Origin: Scyliorhinus canicula | Taxonomy: Eukaryota | Direction of reading: 5' to 3' | DNA: 64,000 bases | NCBI RefSeq assembly: GCF_902713615.1 | Contig: NC_052159.1 | Coordinates: forward strand, 20,410,018 to 20,474,017 | The notes under the pieces: model-generated | What the model saw: only the letters and a program-made list of their open reading frames with translations | Databases searched by the model: none | What the model was told of the DNA's origin: nothing | Position numbers and translations under genes: made by a program | In this document: one piece after another, positions 1 through 10,890 of the stretch | Position numbering within the stretch: the first letter of the stretch is position 1 | Layout: every line of letters begins with the position of its first letter

Positions 1-123
1 TCACTACTCAGTTGGATGGGTTGAAGGGGTTTCTTAATGTTAACATCCACTGCACACAAAGAGAACAAAGCACATGTTATATTATGAATATGCAAAGTTA
101 ACCTGTACAACACAACAAAAGAA

Positions 124-547
124 AACATAGAATACACAGTGCAGAAGGAGGCCACTCGGCCCCTCGAGTCTGCACTGACCCACTCAAGCCCTCACTTCCA
201 CCCTAACCCCGCAACCCAATAACCCCATCTAGCCTTTTAGGTCACTAAGGGCAATTCATCATGGCCAATCCAACTAACCTGTACGTCTTTGGACTGTGGG
301 AGAAAACCGGAGCACCCGGAGGAAACCCACGCAGACACGGGGTAAACGTGCAGACTCCACACAGACAGTGACCCAGCGGGGAATTGAACCTGGGACCCTG
401 GCGCTGTGAAGCCACAGTGCTAGCCACTTGTACTACCCTAAACCTGGGACCCTGGTGCTGTGAAGCCACAGTGCTAGCCACTGGTGCTACCCTAAACCTG
501 GGACCCTGGAGCTGTGAAGCCACAGTGCTAGCCACTGGTGCTACCCT
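124..547 (-). mobile_element. HE1/V-SINE with CR1-type tail and triplicated head
   Basis: tRNA-like head, V-domain (gtctgcgtgggtttcctccgggtgctccggttt), tail gggccgagtggcctccttctgcactgt; 54-bp head unit x3 at 387-547. Confidence 0.85.
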
Positions 548-554
548 CAACCGT

Positions 555-1080
555 TAAACACGGTGGGCACTAAATGCGGGGCCCAGCCGCCAGCGCCCGC
601 ATCCCGCAAAAGATAGATTAAATAAAAGGCCCCATTTAGCTGATATGATGACATCGGGCGTCTCCCCTCCCCGCCCCCGGGCAGCGGTACCTCTGAAGCG
701 CCGCTGGTAGGTGCAGGGCTCCCGCAGCGGCTCCGTCTTCCCCACTGCTGCCATCGTTACCAGGACAACGGCGAACCCGGACCCGCATCCCTGCTGCACC
801 GGGCCCACATCGGACCCGCTGACACCTTTAATCAGGGCCGGGAAAATCCCTGCCATCAACCAAATGTACCGAGACGGTGGCGGTTTGAAAAACACCGCCC
901 GGGGGTCGGTGCTTGTGCTAATATATATATTTTTTGTGTTCTCATAAAGAAGGCGTGTCACAGTCTAATCGTTCCGCCCGCCGGGGAAAGCGGGATGAGT
1001 GAGAAGAGAATTCGTGCACGGCCTTTACTTTTTAAATTTCTCAAACGGGGCCTCCGGGGAAGCCTTCAGCACGGGAACCA
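555..1080 (+). promoter_or_regulatory. CpG-rich putative GTPBP6 promoter and non-coding first exon region
   Basis: High CpG density against a CpG-depleted background; GC box ccccgcccc at about 669-677; X-box-like gttaccaggacaac at 756-769; lies upstream of the acceptor at 1634. Confidence 0.6.
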
Positions 1081-1194
1081 GAGTTAAATTGAGGGGGTGG
1101 ATTTGAGGAGAAACTGTTAGCTGGCAAGTTCAGGTGGATGTTTCCAGGGGAGGGGAGGGGAGGGGAGGGGGATTTAGGGCCTGTTTTCATCATC

Positions 1195-1545
1195 ATAGGA
1201 TTTTGGGCCTGTTTTCATCATCATAGGATTTCCAGTGCAGAAGGAGGCCATTTGGCCCATCTAGACTGCACTGGCTCTCAGGAAAGAGCACCCCATTTAA
1301 AGCCCACGCCTCCACCCTATCCGCATAACCCCGCTGAACCTTTTTGGACACAAAGGGCAATTTATCATCGCCAAACCACCTAACCTGCACGTTTTTGAAC
1401 TGTGTAAGGAAACTGGAACACCCGGAGGAAACCCACGCAGGCACGGGGGAGAACGGGCAGACTCCGCACAGACAGTCACCCGAGACGGGAATTGAACCTG
1501 GGACCCTGGAGCTGTGAAGCAACTGTTCTAACCACTGTGCTGCCT
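1195..1545 (-). mobile_element. HE1/V-SINE (CR1-type tail)
   Basis: Same head, V-domain and tail as other copies. Confidence 0.85.
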
Positions 1546-1708
1546 TTAGTCCCCATTGATACTTTTTACCCTGTTAATATGGCGGCGAGGCTGAGCTGGG
1601 AAATGTTAACTGAATGTGTCTCTGACTCCCCCAGCACATGATCTTTTGAAGTCATCAGAACGGACAGCTGCTGGACCTGGCTGATAGGCAGCCTTGCTGT
1701 TCACCGCC

Positions 1709-2162
1709 ATGGGGTTACTGAGGAATGCCTCCAGGATATTTGTGCTGCACCCCCTGCAAAGACTACAGCTTCAGAAAAGATGCGTATGCACAGTTGGCAC
1801 ACAGGCGCCAAACCTGTGTTTCCACCCCAAACTCCTGCCTCTGAAAATCAGGAATGCTTCTTATGGTTCAGGGGAAAATCAGTATCCTGCAAACTTGCCC
1901 TGCCACAGTTTTCGGTGTTTTGCTACAAGCAAGTATCATTCAAAAAGCAGGAAAACTGCCAACAGCAGAAAGCCCTCAAGAAGTGGAAAGCAAAGTGAGG
2001 AGGATGATGAGGCGTCGACAGATGACGAATGCGAATTGGAAGATGCTGAATTTGAAGAGCTGTTTCAAGAACAAATATCTCCCCTTCCTGAAGGCGGTCA
2101 TAGAGTATTTATTGTTCATCCTGATGTAAAGTGGGGAGGAAAGAAGCAATATCTTACAACAG
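1709..2162 (+). CDS. GTPBP6: GTPBP6 coding exon 1 (basic N-terminus, acidic tract, start of HflX N-domain)
   Basis: Strong Kozak accgccATGg at 1709; MGLLRNASR...HRVFIVHPDVKWG...YLTT; donor ag/gtaaat at 2162/2163; upstream acceptor cccccag/ at 1634. Confidence 0.88.
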
Positions 2163-2190
2163 GTAAATATGTTAACTAATGCAAACTAAG

Positions 2191-2392
2191 AAGTCTTACA
2201 ACACCAGGTTAAAGTCCAACAGATTTGTTTCGAATTACTATTTTCAGAGCTCAGCTCCTTCATCATGTTGACTCACCTGATGAAGGAGCTGCGCTCTGAA
2301 AGCTAGTGATTCAAAACAAACCTGTTGGGCTTTAACCTGGTGTTGTAAGACTTACTGTACCCACCCCAGTCCAATGCCAGCATCTCCACAGC
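2191..2392. mobile_element. Palindromic non-autonomous Penelope-like element with minimal hammerhead motif
   Basis: About 77-bp inverted arms (2191-2267 and 2276-2353) plus a 39-nt tail; 13-bp TSD aatgcaaactaag at 2178-2190 and 2393-2405. Confidence 0.75.
2273..2309 (+). ncRNA. Minimal type I hammerhead ribozyme motif (activity untested)
   Basis: tcac-CTGATGA-a-ggagc-tgc-gctct-GAA-AGCT-A-gtga: stem I tcac/gtga, stem II ggagc/gctct, palindromic AGCT in place of stem III. Confidence 0.6.
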
Positions 2393-3064
2393 AATGCAAA
2401 CTAAGTTTTATATGGAAACTGTAACACAGTGGCTATGTTCATGGACTACTTAATCCAGAAACCTGGACTAATGACATAGTGACATGAGTTCTCACCATAA
2501 AAATTAGAGATTTAAATGCTTTTAAATAAATGTAAAATAAAAAAACAGTATCAGTGATAGTGACCATTTAACTATCAGAATGTCATTAAAAACCTGTTGG
2601 GTTCTACCATATTTGATCTAACTTAAATGTGACTCCAGACTCTCTGAAATGTGGCTGACTTTTAACCGTCCTCCGAAACAGCCTAGCAAGCCATTGTTAA
2701 GCAGGTAGCTCACCACCATTTCCTCACTGGCAATAGGGATGAGCATTAAATGCTTTCCTCAGGTCATTGCCCTGAAATGTTCATTCTGTTGCCTGACCTC
2801 TAACCTTTAAATATCATCCTTTCATCAAATCATAGAATCAGAATTTACAGTGCAGAAGGGGGCCATTCAGCCCATCGAGTCTCCATCGGCCCTTGGAAAG
2901 AGCACTCCAATTAAGCCTTCACCTCCACCCTATCCCGTAACCCAGTAACCCCACCTAACCTTTTTGAACACTAAGGGCAATTTAACATGGCTAATCCACC
3001 TAACCTGCCCTTCTTTGGACAGTGGGAGAAAACCGGAGCACCCGGAAGAAAACCATGAATCATA

Positions 3065-3667
3065 GGGTGCGATTCTCTGGCCATATTGTGCTCGGGCGAG
3101 AGCACGATGCAGCCTGAGAATCTCGGGATAGCCTCTCGCGGGCTTCCCGGCAGCCACCCCCTCGCGGAATTCACCCGAGGATTAAAAACTCTGTCCAAAA
3201 GGGGCAGGACCAAACTGCGCTCGCGGAGGTAGGTTTTACACCTCCTTAGGACATACCTGGGATACACAGCCTTCTTCAATTTTCTGGCCTCCTCGGAGGC
3301 TGCAGCCAAGCGCCGAACAGTGCTGGTCCACCTGGCGGATCGGCACCCGGTGGGGAGTCCCTTCGGAGGTCCCTGGGTGGTCAGAATCAGTACAGGGTTG
3401 GCCCGCTGAACCGTGGGAACTTTCGCACTGTCGAGCTGGCTGGAGCACTTCCTGGTGCCAGGGTGAAAGTGCCAAGAGTCAGGGCTGAGGGGGCCATTCC
3501 CATAAAAGGAGGGTGGAGGAGGGGTTTGAAGGGTGGGGATGTGCAGGGCAGGCAAGTGAGGGTCTTGGGGAGGTTGGGGAGTGACAGGTGGGGCTCCACC
3601 AGCGAAGCCTGCAGGGAAACTCCTGTAAAACCCACCACAAGAGAAATTTTGGGGGAGAATAACACCC
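3065..3667. mobile_element. Non-autonomous TIR element, PIF/Harbinger-like
   Basis: Imperfect TIRs gggtgcgattctc and gagaataacaccc; 3-bp TSD ATA (3062-3064, 3668-3670); interrupts the V-SINE that starts at about 2829. Confidence 0.6.
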
Positions 3668-4437
3668 ATAGAACAGCCTGTCATGTCCATACCAGTTCTC
3701 TGCTGAGAGCAGTTCAGATAGTATCACTCCCCTACCTCTTTTCCTGGTTGCGCCGTACATTTTCCATTTGCAGCTAATTATCCACCACAGTCAGAAGCAG
3801 TGCATTCCAAATTCTCACCATTCGCTGCAGAAATAAATGCCTCTTCGTCGCCATTGGCAGTTTTGCTGATCCTTAAATCGGTGACATCTGGTTCTTGATC
3901 CTTCCGCAATGGAAATAGTTTCTCTATCTGCTCGTGATTTGGAGTCCCTCTACCAGAAATCTAAATCCCTCGATCAGTTCACCGCTCCCCACCACCCCAT
4001 CCCCAGTCTTCTCTTTTGTGAGGGAAAAAAGGCCTGTTCGCTCTTCCTGAATTTTGCAGTCTGGTATCATACTAGTAAATCACATTCCTGCACTTTTCCC
4101 AGTCTCTCTGTATCCTTTTTATATTGTGCAGACCAGAATTGTCCACAATAGCCTAAGTATGGTCTAACCACATTTCTATACAAATTTAGCATAAACTCTG
4201 AATTCAGGGGATGAACCTGGTGTGTTTTTTTCAATGAGCCTATTGAACTGAGTTATTCCTCTTAGTGATTTATGTATTTGTACCTCCAGATCCATCTGTT
4301 CCCCTTCGTATTTCGACACCTATTTTCCCAAAGTGTAGATGGATCCTTAATCCTCCTACCAAAATGCAGGGATTGAAGGTTGCAATAATCTGCAGTAGCT
4401 CTGATTATAATTCATATTATTTCTTTTGATTCTATAT

Positions 4438-4950
4438 GGGCAGCATGGTAGCAGAAGTGGCTAGCACTGTGGCTTCACAGCGTGAGCGTCCCAGGTTCGA
4501 TTCCCCGCTGGGTCACTGTCTGTGCAGAGTCTGCACGTTCTCCTCGTGTCTGCGTGGGTTTCCTCCGGGTGCTCCGGTTTCCTCCCATCGTCTAAAGATG
4601 TGCAGGTTAGGTGAAAAAATGAAAATGAAAATCGCTTATTGTCACGAGTAGGCTTCAATGAAGTTACTGTGAAAAGCCCCTAGTCGCCACATTCCAGCGT
4701 CTGTTCGGGGAGGCTGGTACGGGAATTGAACCGTGCTGCTGGCCTGCCTTGGTCTGCTTTAAAAGCCAGCAATTTAGCCCAGTGTGCTAAATCAGGTGGA
4801 TTGGCCATGCTAAATTGCTCTTGGTGTCCAAAAAGGTTAGGAGTGGTTATTGGGTTACGGGAATAGGGTGGAAGTGAGGGCTTAAGTGGGTCGATGGATA
4901 CTTGATGGGCCGAATGGACTCCTTCTGCACTGTATGTTCTATGTTCTATA
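4438..4950 (+). mobile_element. HE1/V-SINE (CR1-type tail) containing a nested short SINE at 4613-4792 (-)
   Basis: V-SINE split at aggtg; the insert has a tRNA-like head and tail cttttcacagtaacttcattgaagcctactcgtgacaataa. Confidence 0.85.
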
Positions 4951-6193
4951 TTTAAACTAGCGACTAAATTTTATTAGAAATAAGCACAAGAAAACTAAGA
5001 TAGTGATATTCTTACTGAATAGCAACTTTACCTGTACAATTGCAATTAATACTGAAATGAAGTATGATTTGGATCGTGAAGCACGCTGATGTTCTCTGCG
5101 AGGCTATCCCATCTTGGAACACCAGTTCATGGAAGTGTATAGTTTTGTTTTTGTAATGGTGTGAAGAGACAAGTGAGAGTAAGTAGCCTAGTCATATTAT
5201 AATAATTATTAAAGGCTATTTATTAAATACAGAAAAAACACATAGACACAAACAGGGCGACTCAATTAAGGTGTATGAAGGTGTACCCCTTGTTCCAAAA
5301 TATATCTACGATCCTTGAACTCCTTAAGACTTTGCACTTTCCCCAAATAACATCCAAATTAAATAAATCCAGCTTCTAGTTACCACACAATACATGAATG
5401 ATAATCAAGTCTGAGAAACGTCCTGTCCTGGTCCAGCGAAGATATTTAAACTGAATTTCTGAAGGTTTTCTGCACTGCCTTGGCTCTAGGACTCTGAAGC
5501 TGTTAGATGTAAAACTTCTGCTTCAGGCTACTGGCTGGAAAACTGGGTGGTCTGCATCTGAGCCAGCTAGGTGTTGACTGGCTTTCCATGCTTCTGTGGC
5601 TGCTAGTAATTATACTTTGGTTCCACTATGCCTCTGCCTCCTGTGTATTTGACTGTCTGCCCATATCAAATTCCCTGACTCTAGATATTATCATATGTAT
5701 ACCTCACTGATATTTCCAATCATTTAGGTCAACTGTTGCTACTCATAAGATATTCACATCTGACTTTTATCTAAAATATCTTACAATCTCATTACACGGA
5801 GAGATGTATCTCATCTGGCCTTTTGAATACTGGCCACTGCTGTCTTTAGGCAGATTTCTCTCTGTTGCTGGGCAGATCACATCCCATTATGTTTTGTTAA
5901 ATACGGTTTACTGCTGTTACCAGGCAACTTCATGACAGACGCCTTCAAGATTAGGAAGGATTATAAGATAACTAGTGTTAGATTGTGCCCTCTCATTTCC
6001 CTGTCATGCTGCAAAACAAAGCAAATTACAAAAGAATTAAAGGCGAGGTGAGAAAACATTTATTTGTACAGAGGATGGTTAAAATATAAAATGTCTTCTT
6101 GGCTACAAGCTATAGTTGGAGCAGAGTGCACAGTTCATGAATTATTTTCAGTGGATATTAGAAACATTTTGGAAAAAGAGAAATATTGAAAGA

Positions 6194-7070
6194 TGTTAGC
6201 CTTTGGCTGCTGTTCAGTAAAGAGTCAAGAGTTCTGCTCGTTTTCCCAAACACCTTTATTTTTCCTTGAACACACTCTGTACCAAAACTCTTATCGCCAC
6301 ATCACATGCCTCAAAAGCCACCTGCAGCCTCTTTACGTATCAGTGTCAAATATTGGATACTTAACATCAATGAGACATCTAATTGGAATGTTTCTTAACC
6401 CATTCCTTAACAGTCTCCCCTTCCTTGGAGAAAAAAAAATAATTAGGTAAAAACAAAATTTTAAGAAACTCAAAAACACATGCAATTCCCCCCCCCCCTC
6501 TTTTTTTTTCATTTTTGGAAAGGAAAAAAAAGAGTCACAGAAACAGGCGCCCTTCATTAACAATATCCAAAAGTTTCTGTGCACTAGCCCCTCTTTTCTT
6601 AAAACAGTTGGCCAATTGATGGCGTCTGTCGACCCATTTAATTTTTGCTATCTCCCCTTTGTCCAACATCTGCTTCAAATTTGTGATGTTTATCCTTAAC
6701 CTTTTCTCATTGACACTTTTTGTAGAGTGCACATTTTCCCACAGGGATTTATTGTCAATTTGACACTCTATGGGTATGTTATTCAAATCCCCTAATCCCA
6801 AAATGTCTTTCAATATCTGAGACATATAAAAGGCTATTACCACTACCTCTACAAGGCTTACCATCTCAGCAGCTAAAGTGCTTTTGATCACTCTCCTTAT
6901 TTTCTTTGTTTCCCACACAAGAGGGCAACATTTACCATTGTTCCCCAAAAGGAAAATTATAAAACCTATGCTTGAACCCCATCGCATAAATTTGCATAGG
7001 ATGCATCACTATAAATTATGGGTTTCAATTGCCTGAGATCACCTAAAACCGGGAACCTGAAAACACACTA
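6194..7070 (-). mobile_element. Ty1/Copia LTR retrotransposon 3' end (RNase H, PPT, 3' LTR)
   Basis: YSDASYANL...WETKKIRRVIKSTLAAE...IDNKSL...EKRLRI...WV...QLANC; PPT aaggaaggggag; LTR 6194-6412 with TGTTA...TAACA ends and internal AATAAA. Confidence 0.8.
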
Positions 7071-7204
7071 ATCTTCATCTGAAATTCTTTTACCGTCAAA
7101 ACCATGTAGACTTTCTAGCCTCGGGCAATTTGTTGTTTATTCACTCCTACATTTTAAAACAATCTTTTCAGCCTCGTCAGTGTTTTTTATAGATTGGCTT
7201 TTTA

Positions 7205-7402
7205 ATATAAAATTAAAACACAAAATGGAAATACTGGCAGCATCCGTGGAGAGAGAAAAACAAAGATTTAACATTTGAGGTCAGTGACCTCTCGTCAGAA
7301 TGTTAAATGTTTATTTCTTCATGGATGTTGCCATATCTGCTTAGCATTCCTAGCCTTTTCTGTTTTTCTTTTGATTTCCAACATCTGCATCATTTTGCTT
7401 GT
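7205..7402. mobile_element. Decayed Penelope-derived inverted element
   Basis: gcagcatccgtggagagagaaa arm with its inverted partner; degenerate hammerhead core on - (ctgacga...gacct-caaa) at 7268-7299. Confidence 0.55.
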
Positions 7403-7539
7403 GGATTGGGATTTTGATTGGTTTCTCCTTTTTTTAAGCAAAGGGAATGCTAAATCAGCAGGCTCTTCATATGCCCTCGAGCATCTTCTAACAGAGCTAT
7501 AATACTCCAGGCCAGCTGCTGTTATGCACTGTATAGTTG

Positions 7540-7758
7540 GGGCAGCATGGTGGCGCAGTTAGTGCTGCTGCCTCACGGCGCCGAGGTTCCAGGTTTGATC
7601 CCGGCTCTGGGTCACTGTCCGTGTGGAGTTTGCACATTCTCCCCGTGTTTGGGTGGGTTTTGCCCCCACAACCCAAAAGATGTGCAAGATAGGTGAATTG
7701 GCCACGCTAAATTGCCCCTTAATTGGAAAAATGAATTGGGTACTCTAAATTTTTTTTT
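7540..7758 (+). mobile_element. Short-tailed V-SINE with 10-bp TSD
   Basis: Ends ccccttaattggaaaaatgaattgggtactctaaattttt; TSD tgtatagttg at 7530-7539 and 7759-7768. Confidence 0.85.
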
Positions 7759-7828
7759 TGTATAGTTGCTGTGCTCCTTAAGATTATATTCACTGGTATC
7801 TTAATTCTGTCCTTCCTTTCTTTACAAG

Positions 7829-7966
7829 GTGAACTTCAGATGGCTGAAGCAGTTGCTCTTGTGAACACTCTGCCCAACTGGCATGTTGTTGATAAGGTTA
7901 TTCTTTCCACAAAAAGTCCAGACAACAAATTCATTTTTGGCAAAGGCAATTTTCAGACTCTCACAG
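7829..7966 (+). CDS. GTPBP6: GTPBP6 coding exon 2
   Basis: ELQMAEAVALVNTLPNW...FIFGKGNFQTLT; acceptor tttacaag/, donor ag/gtaatt; 138 nt, phase 1-1. Confidence 0.93.
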
Positions 7967-8149
7967 GTAATTTGACTTTCTTAATGGTAAAATATGAACT
8001 AAAAGTGACACGCTTCTAAATTATATACTTTGAAAGGTATAATTTAATGTGACAATTGTAAATGAAGTTTTTCCCAGTGGTTAAGAAATTGTTCTTTAAA
8101 TGTCTTATTCCACCATAATTGGAATGCATTTAAAAATATATATTTTATT

Positions 8150-10585
8150 AAGTTTAGGCCCCCAAGCAGTCATGGCAAGATAGAGGAACAGATATGTGGA
8201 CAAATATAAGATGTGTAAAAATAATAGGGTAAGGGTATTCAACTTTCTCAAAATTAATTGGGGTAGGCAAAGTGTGAAAGGCTTAGAGGAGATAGAATTT
8301 TTTAAGTGCATCCAGGAGAGCTTTTGAAGGAAGTGGTATAGGTGTCAGTCAGGGAGCATTTTGGTGATAGTGACCATAACTCGGTAGTTACGGAAAGGGA
8401 CAAAGATGGACCAGAAATAAGGTTTACGAACTGAGGGAAGGCTTACTTGAATAGGATAAGACAAGATCTGGCCGAAGTGGAATTGGGAGCAGCTACGTGT
8501 AGGAAGATCCATTCAAAAAGGAAATATAGAGAGTACAATGCAAAAAAGTTCCTGTCAAGGTGAAGGGTGCGGTCAACAAGTCCAAAGAACTCTGGATGTT
8601 AAAGGAGATACAGCATTGGATCAGGGAAAAAAAGGGAAACTTGTGGCAGATTCAGGGGGCTCTAAGTAGCGATGACCATGAGGAGTATAGAAATGCAGGG
8701 GGGGTACTTAAAAAATAAATTAGGAGAGCAAAAAGGAGGCATGAAAAATCAATGGCGGGCAAAATAAAAGAAAATCCCAAGAAGTTTTATACGTATAATA
8801 AAGGCACAAGGGTAACCAGGGAAAGAGTAGGGCCCATTAGGTACCAAAGTGGCAACCTCTGTGTGGAGCCAAACGATGTAGGTGAGCTATTAAATGAATA
8901 TTTTGCATCTGTGTTTAGTATGGAGAAGGGTGATGTAGGTATAGGAAGCAGGGAGGGGGACCGCAATATAATTAACAGATTAGCATGAAGAGGTGTTAGT
9001 GGTTTTAATGGGCTTAAAAGTGGATAAAAGGCCCAGATGAGATGTATCCTAGGCTGCTGTGTGAGGCAAGGGAGGAGTTTGCAGGGGCTCTGGTGCTAAT
9101 TTTCAAATCCACTCTGGCCACAGGAGAGTGCCAGAGGACTGGAGGACAACTAATGTGGTACTATTCTTCAAATTGGTGAATGGGAAAAAAACAGGTAATT
9201 ATAGGCCAGTGAGTCAGTGGAAGGAAAACTACTGGAAGAAATTCTGTGGGACAGAATTAATCTGCATTTGGAGAGGCAAGGATAATCAAGGATAGTCAGC
9301 ATGTCTTTTTGGAGGGAAATCATGTCCAATGAATTTGATTGACTTTTTGGAGGAGGTGACCAGGTATGTAGATGAGAGCAGTGCAGTTGATGTAGTCTAC
9401 ATGGACTTTATTAAGGCTATGACAAGGTCCAGCATGGGAGACTGATCAAGAAGGTAAGAGTTCATGAGATCCAGGGAAATTTGGCAAATTGGATCAAAAA
9501 TTGTCTGATAGAAGGAGGCAGAGTTGGTTGGTCAAAGGTTGTTTTTGTGACTGATAGTCTTTGTCCAGTGCTGTTCCACAGGGATCAGTGCTGGGTCCCT
9601 TGCTTTTTATAATGTGTTAATGATCTAGATGTGAATGTAGGGGAATGATCAGTGTGCTCGCAGATGGCACAAAATTGGTGGTGCGATAAATAGCGAGGAG
9701 GAAAGCCTTCGATTACAGGATGGTATAGACAGGTTGGTCAGGTGGGCAGAACAGCGGCAAATGGAATTTAACCCTGAAAAGTGTGAAGTGATGCATTTCT
9801 GGAGGACTAACAAGGCAAGGGAATATACAATGAAGAGCAGGGCGCTAGGAAGTACAGAGGACCAGAGGGACCTTGGAGTGCATGTCCATAGGTCTCTGAA
9901 GGCAACAGGACAGGGTTTAAGAAGGCATATGGGATACTTGCCTTTATTACCCGAGACAAAGAATATAAGTGTCTTTATGCGCAATCTTCTTGGATAAAAA
10001 GAATATAAGAGCAGGGAGGTTGTGATGGAGCAGTGTTAAATGTTAGTTAGACCGCAGCTAAAGTACTGTGTGCAGTTTTGGTCGTCACACTGTAGGAAGG
10101 ATGTGATTGGATTGGAGAGGGTGCAGAGGAGATTCATCAGGATGCTGCCTGGGCTGGAGCGTTTCAGCTATGAAGTGAGGCTTGATGGGTAGGGGTTCTT
10201 TTCCTCAGAGCAGAGAAGGCTAAGAGGGAACCTCATTGAGGTGTACAAAATTATGAGGGAAATAGACAGGAAGAAACGTTTCCCCTTAGTCAGTAACCAG
10301 GGGCATAGATTTGAGACAAGGAGCAGCAGATTTAGAGGGGATTTGAGGAAAAACCTTTTCACCCAGAGGGTGTTGGGAATCTGGAACTCACGGCCTGAAA
10401 GGGTGGTAGAGGCAGGAACCCTCACAACATTTGAGAAGCATTTAGATGAGCAGTTGAAACGTCACAGCATACAAGGCTACGGGCCAAGTGGTGGAAAATG
10501 GGATTTGAATAGATAGGTGTTTGAGGGCCGGCACAGACACATCGGCTGAAGGGCCCATTTCTGTGTTGTAAAACTCTACAACTGT
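8150..10585 (+). mobile_element. Decayed CR1-clade LINE (5'-truncated ORF2 and 3' tail)
   Basis: Fragments IKENPKKFYTY, LLNEYFASVF, WAEQRQMEFNPEKCEVMHF, NLFTQRVLGIWN; many stops and frameshifts. Confidence 0.9.
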
Positions 10586-10819
10586 CACAGAACGTACATG
10601 AGTACCACTGGACCTCTGTGGGCTATTTGTGTGGATAAGCCCATTTGAAATGATGCACTGTTAGTGGATTCAACTATTTTAGCAATGCTTTGTCACTGTT
10701 GAAATAAGAAAGTGACATCTTTCACGGCCTCATTGTGTTCTAAAAAACTTTGCAGAAAATTAAATGTTGTTTGAAGTGTCATCATTGTTTGATGCAATTT
10801 AAATGCTGCTGTTTTACAG

Positions 10820-10890
10820 AAAAAATAAAAGGACTGCCACAGATTACTGCAGTGTTTATGAATGTTGAACGACTGTCTGCATTATCAGAG
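10820..10890 (+). CDS. GTPBP6: GTPBP6 coding exon 3
   Basis: EKIKGLPQITAVFMNVERLSALSE; ttttacag/ and gag/gtaaag; 71 nt. Confidence 0.9.

Noticed and set aside
554-961. 135-aa minus-strand ORF suggesting a divergent gene
   Set aside because: GC-rich promoter sequence is poor in stop codons; no homology recognised.
4438-4510. tRNA-like A/B boxes here and at many other sites
   Set aside because: They are SINE heads running into a V-domain; no complete cloverleaf, so not tRNA genes.
5152-5796. Possible solo LTR with TGTAATG...CATTACA ends
   Set aside because: Flanks show no target-site duplication, so the boundaries cannot be supported.
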